Source of the DNA: Phoronis australis
Taxonomy: Eukaryota; Animalia; Phoronida
Direction: 5' to 3'
Assembly (NCBI GenBank): GCA_002633005.1
Contig: NMRA01000491.1
Coordinates: 68,111-117,228, forward strand
DNA length: 49,118 bases
Within the stretch, counting starts at the first letter, position 1. Every line of letters starts with the position of its first letter. The notes under the pieces were generated by a model. The model had not been told where the DNA came from. It made no database searches and saw only the letters and a list, made by a program, of their open reading frames with translations. The position numbers were made by a program, and so were the translations under genes. Positions 14,401 through 29,400 of the stretch are shown in pieces.

Positions 14401-17400
14401 ACTACACAGTCAGATAAGAAGCACCTAAAGTTTAAAACATCCCCGTAATTATGACTTCATGACAAACTAACACTCTGGCCTCGTAATGTTAATACCTGTT
14501 TGATAGTCTTGTAATTCTTAGCATGAGCCGGGTTTAAAGAAGGTCCAAGGTCAAGGTCAATCGCTGAATGTTCATGCTGCAACCCCTGTAAGGACACGCA
14601 AGATAAAATGGTGGCCAACAGCTTAGAGTTACACAGTTTCACATTAAGAGGGCGGAAAGACAGACAGTGAAGATGTGCAGTCCTGAAGTAGAATCCAGGT
14701 AGAATCCCTGGCCCCCACTGTAAGGTATGTTCTGCATCAGTTCGAGTAACACTGCATATTAATTGATATATAATAAAATTTCCCGAATTTCGGACAAAAA
14801 AAATACCAAAATTCATCTTTTTTCATTGATGGTTATGATATAGAACTGAAAACAATGTGTTCTGGGGAAAAATCCACAATATTATGTACTTAAAAGGTGA
14901 GATTTTACGATAGGAACTAAACTCTCATCGATGCATACATCCTTTAGTTGATGGGCAAAGGCGGGGACGCAATTAATCCTACTTGGCATTGACAAATGTT
15001 CACATACTGGCAATAGATACAATTCCGAACATAACATAACTTCCCAGAACTGGCCAGAGTGAGACTTCCCCATAATTCGCTTTGCTTTCTGGACGCCTGA
15101 CTGAATAAATCATCAGCAATTATTATACATTAGACAACTGAAAACTAATTGCTATAAGCATCCCATAACCAACAGGTACCTCATGCAGTAACACAAACAC
15201 GTGTCATAACTTATTCACTATAAGGCAAATTACACAAACCTAGTAAATAGGCACAATCCATTATTATAGAAAAAACATGCAGCAAGTAAATGATCATAAA
15301 TTAGATTAACTTACAATTCCTGGTGCTTTTGGAGTCGTTTGCTTATCTCTAACAACCTTTTCTTTCTTTTCTTCCTGAAATAAAGAAATGATAAAGAAAT
15401 GTGAATGAGGACAACAGTAATTCCCCCATCCTGGATTCATCTCTCCTCTTTTGCAGAGGTAGGATCTCTCACACACTACCGAGGAATCTGTTACAGCTTT
15501 CCTGCGTCCACAGACCATCAAAATGAGAACGGATGAAGAAAAACTTGATTTTCAAAATTGCACAAAAACGATGAAAACAGAAAGATTTGCCACCTAATTA
15601 AAGTAGGTCAAATTTGAAGAACTTTGCACTTTTAACTGTAACAGAATCTTGACAGTAGCCACTGCTAAGTCCACACCGCTAAAACTTAATTTTGCAGCTA
15701 AGACGCATACAACAGCAAAATTACACAGAAAACATGCTGAGAGCCTCACTCAATGAGACAGTGTGGCTCAGTGGTTTGAGCTCCAGACTTTACTGGCAGA
15801 CAATCGAGCATTGCACAAAGGAGTCTCCTTCTCCTTTGAACTCTGTCTTAGTACACAATGTATGCAAGGGAGTGAATGATAACCTGGATGTAATGCCAAA
15901 GAGATTTCTGGAGGTGTGTTACTATATTATACAGAGCCTCACCGCAGCACCATCTCCATCACCATCGTCTTTCTTACTCTTTTTAGTTGGCTTTTCGTCT
16001 CCTTCGTCCACACTCTTACTCTTGTACACCCAAAGTTCCGACTTCTCCACCAGGAGGCGCAGCTCATCCAGATCTGCCTTGATCTGTTTGTAGTTCTCTA
16101 CATCACTGGTAGAGACCAGCAGCTGCACCTGTAACCATGACAATAATGGTAACCTTCCAATCACAGACAAGCAGAATCAGATTTTGTGAAGGCACAGTGT
16201 CAACGACTCCTCATACTAATTCAACTGCTGACTCAGTCATTAATATCGAAATTATTTTATGATTGAGCCCCAGTACCTGCATTCAAACAGAAAACAAAAA
16301 ATCTTTTGTTCAATATAATTGGAAAATAGTGGGGAATTAGATGGTAAAAATTCAATTTAACCGAGTATTTTTGCACGTGAAACATTGAAACGAATCTTGA
16401 TCTTTGGTCAGGCAACAACAATTCCTCAGAACTGCTTGTTCTTGCCTTCTCTAACAATAATCGTGGAAAACTAAAACTAATGATCAATGTCCTCAGAAAA
16501 GCCACGGTCGCCAGACAGATTAAATTTATTGTCCATTAAAAACCGATATTTGCTGAGAAAGGATTCAAAGCTTTGAAAACCTTGTAAAATGTTGTCTACT
16601 TTCAATTCCAAATTACTTAAAATCAAAAAATTGTAAAACAAGGGCTCGGCAACTAGTTAGCCATGAGCCAAAGGACTTACTGCGCTGCACAGTGTCCATC
16701 ATCCTGCACTGCACAGGGTCTATTTACAGACAGAATCATTCACTAAATGCAAACAATCCACGCAACTGGACCCAGCTTACCCAGTCACCCCACCACAGTT
16801 CACCCACCTGCTTGAAGGCTTGTAGCACTTCCTGACGTTGGCTGAAGTGGCGAAAGAGCAGCTGTAGAGCACCTGTCACCAGGGGGGGATAGTTGTGCAT
16901 CACCAGGTTGAGAAGAACACGGAGGAACATCTTACCACCCACACCATCAAGGTCAAGGTCAGCCGTCTCAGCACTGGAACGCAACACGGACATCAACTCA
17001 GATTGAATAAACAACTTCCTTAGGAAGGTATAGTGTGAAACGTGGTGTTCAACTTAACCTTTCACAAGAAATTAAGCAAAATTACAGTACTTATCTACTA
17101 GACACGGTAGAAAGTGGATTACAAGAGAAAAATTAGGGTGTTAATCTGGATCAACCTGACACCTAACACCACAAATAGGGATGAGGGTGGTCTCTGTCTT
17201 AGTCCAGTATACAGCATGTGGTTGTCAACGCCACCTGGTGGGAAAAAGCAACATCACCAATGACATGGTGTCTCCTGTGAATCTGCCTGTCAACACCGAC
17301 ACTGTTTCGAGTTTTAACCGAAACATTTGTTAGTATAATATTAATGTAAATAATTATGTTTATTAAAGTCTGGCTAGGTTCAGAAGTGTGCCAGCTGCTC

Positions 17401-20400
17401 TACCTTAAAAGTATGTCAATCATATGGCACATAGCATAATTCTACCAACCAAAAATCTAGGATTTGGCAATTGCCCCATCCACCAACTTCAATGTCAACA
17501 ACTAATTTCACTAATTGTTTCTCGTTAAGACTTAAGTAATATTCAAGCTAAATGCTGCATACGTCATCGCAACAAGTTGACTTTCGAAGGCTGTTTGATA
17601 CAACAAATATAGCAATATGACCATCAGACAGACAGGAAATAGACTTGCCAACAGATAGCGCTGCAGGTGCATGACTCCAGGAGTTCAGCTTAACATTTGT
17701 CTGGGGAAAAATATTGTTTCATAAATCATGAAAAAACATAGTACATAAAACGTTTACCTTCCTCCAAATATTTTCTCAGCCTGAACTCCAATGGCTTCTA
17801 AATCCAATCCTGAAAGCACACTGAGCAATTAGCACATTTTTACAACACAGCTCAAACACTAGTTGCTTAATTAGGCACTGTTTGCCAAAAAGTCACAGAA
17901 TATAAACAACATTAAAAATTCACTTTGACCAACGGGTGCACTTTTAATTTAATTTAGGAGATAAAACATTAGTACATGTTGATATTAGAAACACAACAAG
18001 TGATATCACTCGGTAAATTCCACACAAAACATATTAGAACGGTAATGGACAGGTGCTAGCCTCAATTCCAATAACAAAAAACTTTTTTCATCACGAACAG
18101 TGCATGCCAAAACCTAAACAGACAGAATTCATTTCCTCCATCGTAACAAGACTTTCTCGCTACTCTGATGATCAATTCCACTCGCACTTTGACATTACGA
18201 CGAGGAATTCCGCATTGGTTTATTTTTGGCGCTTACTGTACATTGAGCAGCGAAAACTAATAAGAAATGACAAAGCTGGCAAGCAGAGTAAAAACTTTGG
18301 GCATTTCATCATCACAACAATCTTCACAACAGGTGTGGTAACACATACCTCGCACTTTTCATCATTCATAAACACATAGTCCAGTGTGCACAAGTAGTAG
18401 GACACTCAAACTTTCAACCACCTCAACAAACACCGTTAATTGCATGTTAATTAAACCAGATTCAACTGGTTTTATCGCAACACAAAATTATAGATTTTTG
18501 GACCTCTTCTAAAATCCCTACTAAGTTTTTAAATTAAATGTCACGATTCAGACGCAATGATGGTATACCAACAGCAACTCGGGGATGATAACTAGACCCG
18601 TACCATTGGCCACAGGAAACTCACCACAGGAGCGGTACCCTAAATATTCCCAAAAATTTAATCCCCACCATACAAAATGTCTTACCACACACAAAGGACA
18701 CTTAACATGAATATACTGATTTACAATTTACCACATAGAAGCACTCCTATCATAACAATTACTGGAAAGAGACTGTGTACTAGTATGGCTACAGGGTAGT
18801 GAATGTTCCCCTTGCGTGGTAAATGTTCCCTTTGCATGGTGTTTCCTTTTGTAGTAAGTGTTGCCCGTGTGTGGTAAGAGCACCCTCGTGTGGTAAGTGT
18901 TCCCTCATGTGGTAAGTGTTCCTCTTGCATGGTAAGTGTGGAGTGTTCTTTTGTGTAGTAAGTGTTCCCTTGTGTGGTTAGTGTTCCCTTTGCATATTAA
19001 GTGTTCCCTTGTGTGGTAAGGGTTTCCTTGTGTGGTAAGAGATCCCTTACGTGGTGTTCCCTTGTGTGGTAAGTGTTCCTCTTGCATGGTAAGTACTCCC
19101 TTGAGTGGTGAGTGTTCCTTTGCATGGTAAGTGTTCCCTTGAGTGGAGTTTCCCTTGCGTGTTAAGAGTTCCCTTCCATGATAAGAGTTCCCCTTGCATG
19201 GTAAGTGTTCCTTTGTGTAGGAAGTGTTCTCTTGTGTTGTAAGTTTCCCGTGCGTGGAAAGTGTTCCCTTATATGGAAAGCGTTTCTCTTGTATAGTAAG
19301 AACTGTTGCGGTGTGTTATTGTGGAAATAAACAAGGGTTTTGCTTTGTGGTGTGTGTTCCGCAGCCCATGGTAAGGGTTCACTTACCAAGTATCCCAGTT
19401 ACTTAGAAGCTAAGAATAGTGAAAGACAAGCCTGTTTGACATACGGTTAGCCCCTCCACCGATGCTATTTTTTCTTTCTTCAATCGGCCCCCCGTTCTGT
19501 TTACATATACATAAGAGAGACTGGACATAGAAATCAAGGCGGGCGTCGAGAATAAACTGGAAAAATGAGGGAAGACCATTACCAACAACAGCACGAGGAC
19601 AGGCACACGGGAAAAATGAAAAATAATAGACGGAAAGGACATCACACTCCCTAGAAGAGACTGAAGTTAAGATGCACAGCTTTACACCCTCAGGTCCACG
19701 TACATTGTGCTTTGGGTTACATTCTTGCACATATCCCAGAAAGCATGCCGATTCTGCGCCAAGGCATTATGGACCAATAGGCCCATCCTGGATTGAAATC
19801 TTCTCTTTGTGGAGATAGAAAGATGGAATGCACGATTGACCTGCTTTTCATAACAACAGGTGCTCTCGAGTTCATCAACAGAAAAACAATACAGTGTGTA
19901 ACCGGCACTGATATTTGCCTTAGTTTTTTGTCAATTTTTTGGTATCTGCATTGAATTCTTAGAACTCAAAATGCAATTTGCCTGCACTGCACTGATGAAT
20001 TATAATTAGGATACAAGACAGTGACTACTATTTTTGCATGCGATGAAACAGAACGGGTGCTTGACACATGTTGCAATGTGAGTATTAAAGTACTTTAGAA
20101 TGACAGTGGTGCTGTGTTATTTCAGGGGGACCTCTTATGTAAGTAAAGTCTTGTATGATGAGAAAAGCAAATTTATTATTTTTTTGCTGACCAAAGATGT
20201 ATGGTTACAACACTTCTAGATAGCGTCAGCATCTTTAATTATTGAGAAATAGGAAGTACCAGCAGAGCAAGCGAGTTACAAGCACCTGTTGTCCCAGCAA
20301 CAACTATTCAAGGAATACAAAGCTGTACATCTTCTAAACTGTTGCCTAGGGTGAAACTAAACCTGCAGTAAAGGAAAATAATTACGAAAACTTTTAGAGG

Positions 20401-23400
20401 GACACAATATAAAGTACATTCAAACAGTGAAACAGCAACAGCTTGCCGTACTATGATTGGCTGAGATCTGTGATGCAATGGCAGACAGACAAAAGAGACA
20501 CCTGATGTTAAGTGTTGGAATCAGTCATCTAACACAAGCAAGACATGACTGAGGCAAAAAATGAAATGTTAAAACATGACGCAGAGTCGTGCCGAAAAAC
20601 AGTAAACATGACCAATAAATATGACCTATAAATATCATCAAAAGTCATCAGTCAACACTTTCGAATATGGCCCAGTCTCAAATTCTGTTAGGTCTGGCAT
20701 GGTTACCAGATAACTTTGTTGCAGCACATTGATAGATAGGACAGTCAATGCTTTCCCCAATGACTATTGTAGATTGGAATTGTTTGCCGGGCTACATAAC
20801 TTCAGCACCATCTGTCGACGTCTTCAGCAGCAAGCCATCTAGTTTATGTAACGCAGTGGGAGAGATCCCTTCTTGGTGCACCCTTAACCTTTTACCCTAT
20901 TCCTAACAACCTGGCTTCACATTAATCTGTATGAAAGTAACATCCACTCCTTTTGTCTTAGTGGGTCTTCCATGTTATACCTTTTGTCTTAGTGGGTCTT
21001 CCATGTTATACCTTTTGTCTTAGTGGGTCTTCCATGTTATACAGCTATATAACACTCTGGTGAGTGAGTGATCATTCAACCCAAGAGGAAATGGATCAAT
21101 GGTATGCGTTGTGTACTGCCTATCTAGTAGTATTAATTTAGATGGCCACCAGATGTCACTTTAGTCATGGTAATTATGTGTGTCACTATGTGGAATGACT
21201 TTAATCACCACACATCCATTCCACATTTAGTATCACTGTTCAAAATGGCTGATCACTTCAAAATGCTTAATTTGGGGTAAAACAGTTGATTTGGATGACA
21301 AAACTAACCTAGCATAGCTGAAAAATAACTGCAAGTTTTGACAAGTAGTTAACAAATGAGGCGTCATAAACCACAAGAGGAGAAACACAGGTTGAAAGAA
21401 GGTTTGGAAAAACAAAGACAGAAAACCGAATAACACCGCAAGACAGTTCGCTAACACAGAATGAGCACGGCAAACTACGACAGTTAGTTGAACACGACAG
21501 AGAGAAGCCGCGGACAGCTGGTCACTATGACAACCGTTACCATCGGTAGTACGCTGGACCACGCTACTGTCGTCAAACTCCTTCTTAAAGATTGACAGCA
21601 GACACGATATCCGATAGTCTAGACGGACGTTCAAAATAAACTGAAAGTGAACGACAAATAGGAGTTGATTAAAAGAGAAAGCAACCGTTTCTGATCCCTG
21701 GATATCTTGAAATTACATTTCACATGTTGCAAATATTTAAGTCTTGCCAGCCAACAGTACAGAAGGTCCTGGGTTTGAGCCCTAGACAGGGGCAGAAATC
21801 TTTTCAGGCTTAAATTCATTAGGTCACGTGATGTGGCCAACAGATGGCGTGCTAACAAGACTTAAATGTTTGCAACATATTTTCCACACCATACTGAGAT
21901 TGACGTATTCATATACATTTCACGTGTTAATTACTGTTCAACTGGAGTGTATGTTCTGCCCATGAGCGACAAAAGGTCCCCATCTTGATTCCACATTCAG
22001 TTCCACTGAGTAAACATAATGTCCTACTCTCTGTTGAAGACGGACTGCGCAGTTCGTTCATATTTACTCAGTGAAAGTGAACAGCACAGGCTTGGCTATT
22101 CACAAATCATAGGGAGTAATAAAACAATCATCTTCTTAGTCAGGACCATAAGGTTTGTTAAGCTATGCTTACCTACACAGGTCCACTTAGACAGTTGTAT
22201 GACAAAGAACTACTTTCACTGACCTTGTACGTCAATTTCAAAAGGCAAATTGTGTGTGAAGGATACTCATGATTTACAACCTTCCTCAAAATTCCAAGGC
22301 ATTATGGGATGAATGCAGAACCAAGATGCAACCTTCTTGTCACGCTATTTAGGTCACTTTCTATTGTTCCATGGTTAGTAGATGCACGCCAATGGAACAT
22401 TAATTAATTAATACGAAAAAATGTCTACAAGATAACGCTTGCTTTCATCTTTAAAGTTAGGTAATGTACAAAAAGTAGGCGAACAGGAAGGTGTTTTTGT
22501 TATGATCTGTGAAATGAATTTACCTACAATACTTAAGGTCACATACAGCTTTATCATTTAAACCCTTATTTGGGCATAAGATTTGTAATATAGCGAATAA
22601 CATATCCTTATTTGGGCATAAGATTTGTGAATAACATGTCCTTACTTGGGCATAAGATTTGCAATACCGTGAATAACTTGTCCTAATTTTGCGTGAATAA
22701 GATTAAATTTTCCAGTTTGGGACACAATAAAGTGGACAGGTGAACATTCATTTCGTTAAATTTCGCAAGAAAAATAACTTGAGAAAACTTATTTTGTTTT
22801 CAGGGTGATTTGTATGACACAGCTATTAACAACCAACATTTGGTAAAATTTTGAGCATTTGCAATAACATGGTAAGCTTTTGAAACATGGAAATGTGGCA
22901 GTTTTAGCATTATTATTTTTGTCCCAAATTGACGAATTTCTGCAAAAAGCAATGAAAAAACAAGCTCGAATTACTTTAAGTCTGAAAGTGTCAGATTGAC
23001 ACAATTATCGCAGTATGTGGCTTTACAGCTTTTAACACTTCAGTAAAACTAACTTCAGACATGCCGAAAACTCATCAGGTCTGTGCACACATCTCATGTA
23101 ACTTTGAAGTGAGGTTAGCAGAGAGTTAGAACTTGTAGTCGTAAGTGGTCTAATTTCTCACAGAACACAGGTTTACAATTTATTTTACCTTCCTAAGATG
23201 AAGAGACTTAAGTGAATAAGGATATCTATCACACAGGGGTAATTATGTTACTTGATAAAACAACTAAATTAATTTCAAGTTACACAAAATTTTTAAAACA
23301 CATCAAACACTAGGAAGGTATTTAGAAATTTAGGACTTCATTGTCAGTACCTGTAGTATTTCAATTATCTTGAGCTTTGTATCCATGACAACCTTGTCGA

Positions 23401-26400
23401 TGGCATCCTGCTTACTCTTGGTGCTTCCTTCTAGAGCTTCAATTCCTCCGTCACTCGAGCGGGCAGCGAGCACGTTAGACACAAGGGCCGACATAGACAT
23501 GCCCGTTTTACCAGCTGAAAAGAAGACATTTCAACAGGACTGTCAGTATATAACCACAGCGGTCATTAGGACAGAGTAAATCGCACAGATATTTTGTTGA
23601 ATGGACAGCAACAATGTCGCAATCGCAGTTCTGGCAAACAATTGTAAGGGCAAGAGAGTACACTCAGGTAAACCGGATTAAAACAGTTCACAACTTTTTG
23701 ATTTCCGTTCAATTTTTGACTTTCGTTTGTTTTTTGCGATCGGTAGTTTTTCTCATAAAAGTACAATACATACTAAAAATACCCGTCACAAAGTCAAAAA
23801 TGAAGTTAACAAAAGCTCGACTGTTATACTAGAAATACCATTTCTACATGACTTAGCACTTCATAGAACGGTCTCCCTGTTCAAACCCGGTCTACCCTGT
23901 TCTAAGCCAGTCTACCCTGTTCTAAGCCGGTTTACCTTGTTCTACGCTGGTCTACCCTGTTCTAAGCCAGTCTACCCTGTTCTAAGCTGGTCTACCTTGT
24001 TCTACGCCAGTCTGCCCAGTTCTAAGCTGGTCTACCTTGTTCTACCCCAGTTTACCCTGTTTTAAGTCAGTCTACCCTTTTCTAAGCCAGTCTACCCTAT
24101 TCTAAGCCGGTCTACCTTGTTCTAAGCCATATAACTAATGGCAACCTTAGTTCTGTTTGTTTTTAAAAAAACAAGTTTGGTTAACAAAAGGTGTATTTGT
24201 GAGAAGTAAATCATATTTGTATTATTGTACAGATAGTATGCAGGCAAAGTGAAGACGGCAATCTGTTGGGCATACAACAGTTGCCCAGACCCAATATCCA
24301 GCTGTCCTCTTGTCATAGGAGCACTGGCCAATTAACAAAATAGTCATGAGGTGTGCTGACTGTATAAACATTGCCAACCAACAGCATTGATTTCTTAAAT
24401 AATTGTGACACAAGGCATAAATTACAGACATCAGAAAAACGACTATCAGAAGTGTAATTCTTTTTGCTAAACGCAAAATGAAATTTCACCTACTTCACAC
24501 AAAAATACCAAATTGATGTTTTTTTTTTGATTTTCAAAGGCTTACAAGTTGGCTGTGAATGTTCAGAATTTCGCAAAACATTGTCCAATATTAGCTAAGG
24601 CATAGAACTAAGTAAAGCACTTTTGGTGCTACTCATCTTTAACAAAGGAGACACTGTGGCTCACTGTGGCTCAGTGGTTCGAGCTCCGTTTCCCTATTTT
24701 TTAACATCAAATTCCATAACAAAAATGCTTTTTAGAATGATTCCTATGGAGCATTTGTGCAAACCGGTGCCAACAAAAACTCTCAAGTCCAAGGTCAACA
24801 CGCAATGCACACTTTTGAATTAAATTGTAGTTTGATGCAAACACGGTGAATCTCAACTAAATGATACGAGTCTTGAACAACTGTGTCACAACCCAGCAAA
24901 CTGCGAGGGATATCCTGTTCAAACCTTGTCCTGTTTGTCCTAATGTGTTCAAGTTTCACTGCGTTCAAAACGGCAAATCTCTTTTGTTTGTACTCCATTC
25001 CTGTTCAAGTGTCAAGGATTTTTGCCAAACAACAAAACTCATTTTGTTAGCACACCTGGGAGCATGACCACTAGAAATATGATGCAATGGTCAATTTTGA
25101 CGAATCACAGTTGTGTAATACACTCCAGCCTTATGCAATTTATACGAGACTATGACATTGAAAGACCGATTTTTTCAATGGCTTGTCAAATTGTCACGCA
25201 GTATAATTCAACAACAGGTGCACGCTAATTCAGTTAAGTCGCGCCCCTTGAGATAAAACAAAATAGTGCAGGATATTAAAACTGTCACCATGCCCTCTAG
25301 CCTTGACCAGACAAAAACAGCAGTATAGCTCCAGCTAGGACATATTAAATAACCGTACAACATTCAAAGAAGTATTTTCTAAACAAAAGCAACAACAATA
25401 AAACTAAATGTAGCTTCCAAGTAGACTCATAGCAGCACACAGTGCAGCTCAGTAGTGAGTACCAAGTGCAGTTCACAGCACAAAACAGCAGTATACCAGA
25501 ATGAGGTTAGTACAATACAACTACTGTACTGTACTGTACTGAACAACTCGGTATAATACAAAGCAGTACAAACAAAACAGAAGAAATATTACAATGTTGA
25601 AGCCATGTAACAAAAAACAGCAGAGTACAAACCCTTTGGTTTCCGTGCCAATGCTGTCCAGCGTAAATACAAGGAACAAATCCACAAAATAGTCACCATA
25701 TGCCTTGAAACTTTTCCATAACTATTCACATCACGTTTAAGTCATATTTCTGTCATGAATGATAACTTGACAGAGAAAGGGCTCACAACGCAAAGCTGCA
25801 TGATTGCATGGAATGAATATTCACAGGAAGCGCTATTACATTGTATTGAAATAATAATTATTAACTATAATTGTTTTTCTAGAGAGCCTAGCTTGCAAGC
25901 CCATCACAGGGATCTCCGAATTGCATGGTCACCTGCATGTGGCACCTGCCAGCTATCTAACTCCACCTTGTGGCTGTCACGTGAAACCAGATAAAGTAAG
26001 CCTGTTAAAGGTTGTAGTAATTATTATTTCAAGACTTTTTTGCTACCAAAAATGATTTTTATGTTCCATCGGGCAATTTATGTTAAGGACATTCCTTCTG
26101 AGAATTTATATTAAAGACATTTGGGTCTCACCTGTGCCAACCTTGACAGGATCCTCCGGCATACAGTCCAATATGCTCAATAGTGTCTTGGTCAGGCGCA
26201 GAAGGTCACTGAAGCTGTAGAAACCAAAGTAGATCAGGTGACGTGCTAATTTGACCACCTGAAATATTCAACAGTGTTGAACTAGAGTAAAGTGTTCCAC
26301 CATCACTGGCCTCCTGAAATGTACTACATGATAAATAATTGAAACTGACAAGCTGAAATCCGTATTATGGTGGGTTGACTTCTTGAAAAACACAAAGTTC

Positions 26401-29400
26401 TGAATGACAGCCAATAATAGGTTTAATTAACATTTTTGAACATAATTTATTTGTGAAATGTTGAACCACAGAAAATGTTGAGATACGTTAATTGCTAAAC
26501 ATCAGCAACGTTGGGTTGAATAGACATTTATAAAACATTATCAAGTGTTGAATTTCTGCAAGTGATGGGCTAAAATGACAATCTGAAGTTGAACTACTGA
26601 ATTAAATTAACGGCAAATTTGAAAAACATCAAGTAGACCTGCAGAAAAGTCTGTAGTTGTTGTAAACACTGATTAGACGTCGAAATCGGTCATTGTCTCT
26701 TTTACCCTACAACAGAGGTCATAGTTTGAAGGTTGCATATTTCCCAGTCCTTTGAGGTCTTCCAGCTCATAGGCAATTTGGTCATAAACAATTTGAGCTC
26801 TGGTTTACCGCCAGGTGAACTTCACAATGAAAAAAAACGCCCTTTAGAAATTCAGGTTCAGTTTTATTGTTAATAGTTGGGCATGTTTCCTTCAATGAGC
26901 AATTGTTGGCGACTTTTATGACACCTTTTCAATTTTCATCAAGTATTAACATTTGAAGTGTCCAAGTTCACTCCAAATAAGTGTTCATTTTCTGAATTCT
27001 CCACAACAGAAAAGTCTTAATACATGTCATAAAATATCAGTGTTCATTTTCTGAGTTCTCCACGACAGAAAAGTGTCAGGTCATAAAATAACACGTTATC
27101 AAGTGTCTCAGATTCTTGATTTTATCTAAACTGACCCACGCACTAAACAGAAATCGAAAATCAATGGGATTTAACATGGCGGATTAACATTTGCCACATA
27201 ATTTAAGTCAACCCTAACAACTTAAATATGTGGTGCATAAAATGCTTTTAAAGGAATGCTAAGAATAACAAAGAAAAATATAGATACAATTTTATACAAT
27301 AACGTATTTATTAAAGTTAGAAAAAATCCACACAGCTTGACAGTTACTTTCTGTTCATTTTTTGTCTTCAGATTATTATGGAGTCTTGATAATGTTCGAG
27401 CCATGCTGGAGAGTTCACTGTCGACATGTCTTAGACATATCACTTTCAAAAAATTATGTCAACAATTATCTGTTAGCAGCAAACATGATATTATGCAGAG
27501 TCAGAGAAAAATCCTTCGACCAGTGTATTTAGTGAAACACACCACATATCTAAAGAAGACCAGTCTCTTAAGAATGATTCCATATAAAAACCATATGAAA
27601 ATGAAAAATCACTATATACTAAAAAATTCATACAGAACTAATACTTTGTGCATGTGTTGGGATGCTGGCCCAAAGTGCACTGCTGCAATATTTGCACTCA
27701 ATGACCTTTGGTTACCGAGATATGACCTATTTGGCTACAAAGTCATATTTTGCATTTTTTCATGTCAGTAAAACTGCAGTTTTTGAACGGCAAAAAATCA
27801 GACTTGGAAAACTGGTGACAGAGTTTGACATGGATGGTCATAAAGACTCATGTAAGGTTAGTAAGAAATTGAAATTTGCAACTCATAGGTATAATTAAAT
27901 TTCCAGCAGGGGAGAAAACTCCAAGACCACTTTTCAGGCCAGTCACAAGTGGCAAGATGTTGCTTAACCTGCCTGCTATATCGGAATATATTTGAAGTTG
28001 AAATTCTCTTTGTAGACACTTCTAAGATTGAACGTTGATAATTGCTTTTAAAAAAACTTGTCTCTTATATATTTAGTATTAAACGTGGCCCGCGAATTTG
28101 GGCATTTTTGTGATGTGGCCTTACTCTGACTGACAAGAGAGTTGAGGCTACTCTTTTAGTTTAGAGATATCACCTAAAATATATGATCTAATATCAACAA
28201 TGGAATATCACAAAAATTTAAATTTCACTTTTGAGACCCCAATTTTCTAAAACACTCCATTCTTCGTTTAACTTTACCAATAGCACTTTAGGGTTCGAGA
28301 TTACATGCACTTCCTGTCACTGCAAAGAATATGGAGGAATTTCCTTCTTGTACATTTGGTCAATTTTCGTTACATACGTGTGATCGCGGAGGAAATGTGG
28401 CCTTCATTAGGTGTGTTAAAGACGTCAGAAGTCATCTGAGGTCGTGCAAAGTGCCACAGAAGTTTGAAACTATATCGGAATTACAGCTGATTCTTGCCAG
28501 AGCTAGAGATAGGAGGTTGGACTGGCAAACCAATGGAAATGCGCCGTTATATATTTTACACATCGACATGAGTTTGGACTTGGTTTTAGACAAAAACTGA
28601 CGTGCTGTTATCACGAACACACAGAATATTGTCAGAGGGATAAACCAGGAACAAGCAAAACAGGATCTGATGTCATCTCTCACCCCACACCAAGTTTTGG
28701 TTGTAATGGATTTTGCAATGAAGTTCATACCCATCAGTTTCCGTGAAGCACAGTCCGACTGGTTTGGTAAAAAGGATGTCATGGCACGTGGCGGCTTGTA
28801 TCACAAAGAAAGGTGAAAGCCATCAGGTAAAAATAAATCCTCAATTAGTATTCAAGGTGTTACAAAGTAATTCTCAGATGTGCTCAATATTAAACAGAAA
28901 GCCAGTGATGAACAATGTTGTTGCCTTTACCTCTTTTTAGTATATTGATTTACTGTAACAGTCACAAGATACAGGGAGTGTGCACTTAATATCTAGTCTT
29001 TTTCTTGCCATTTCCCAACAAAAGCTTGACAGTGATGCATTATTTTTCTCTTAGTAGATTTTGCACACAAGCCTTCATTTTAACTGAAGCCATTTTGTAC
29101 TTATGGATGATTTTCATATCTTTGTGAAGGGGAAATTTCCCCCCTCCCTAGAAATGTTTTGAAGGAGCTACTGATATAATAACCGTGTTGAGACGAACCA
29201 TGTTTGAAGTTGAGTGGCGTGATTGCGGTTTAGGTGGTAATAAGATATAATAAGGTAGTTCTTTAAACTAGCTGACCTATTTGAGTTACATAATTATTGT
29301 ATTTCAGGTACATACTTACATCCATACTCTAGATGCCTGCAAGCAAGACTTTTTCACTGTTTGCTGTTTAACGCTAGATGTGCTAAGGCAGGTGAAAGCT

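Noticed and set aside
15760-15790. gtggctcagtggtt tRNA A-box-like motif (also near 24657)
   Set aside because: No cloverleaf or complete tRNA; at most a SINE fragment.
27256-27771. 171-aa plus-strand ORF
   Set aside because: No recognisable domain, AT-rich, and it straddles the transposon left end.
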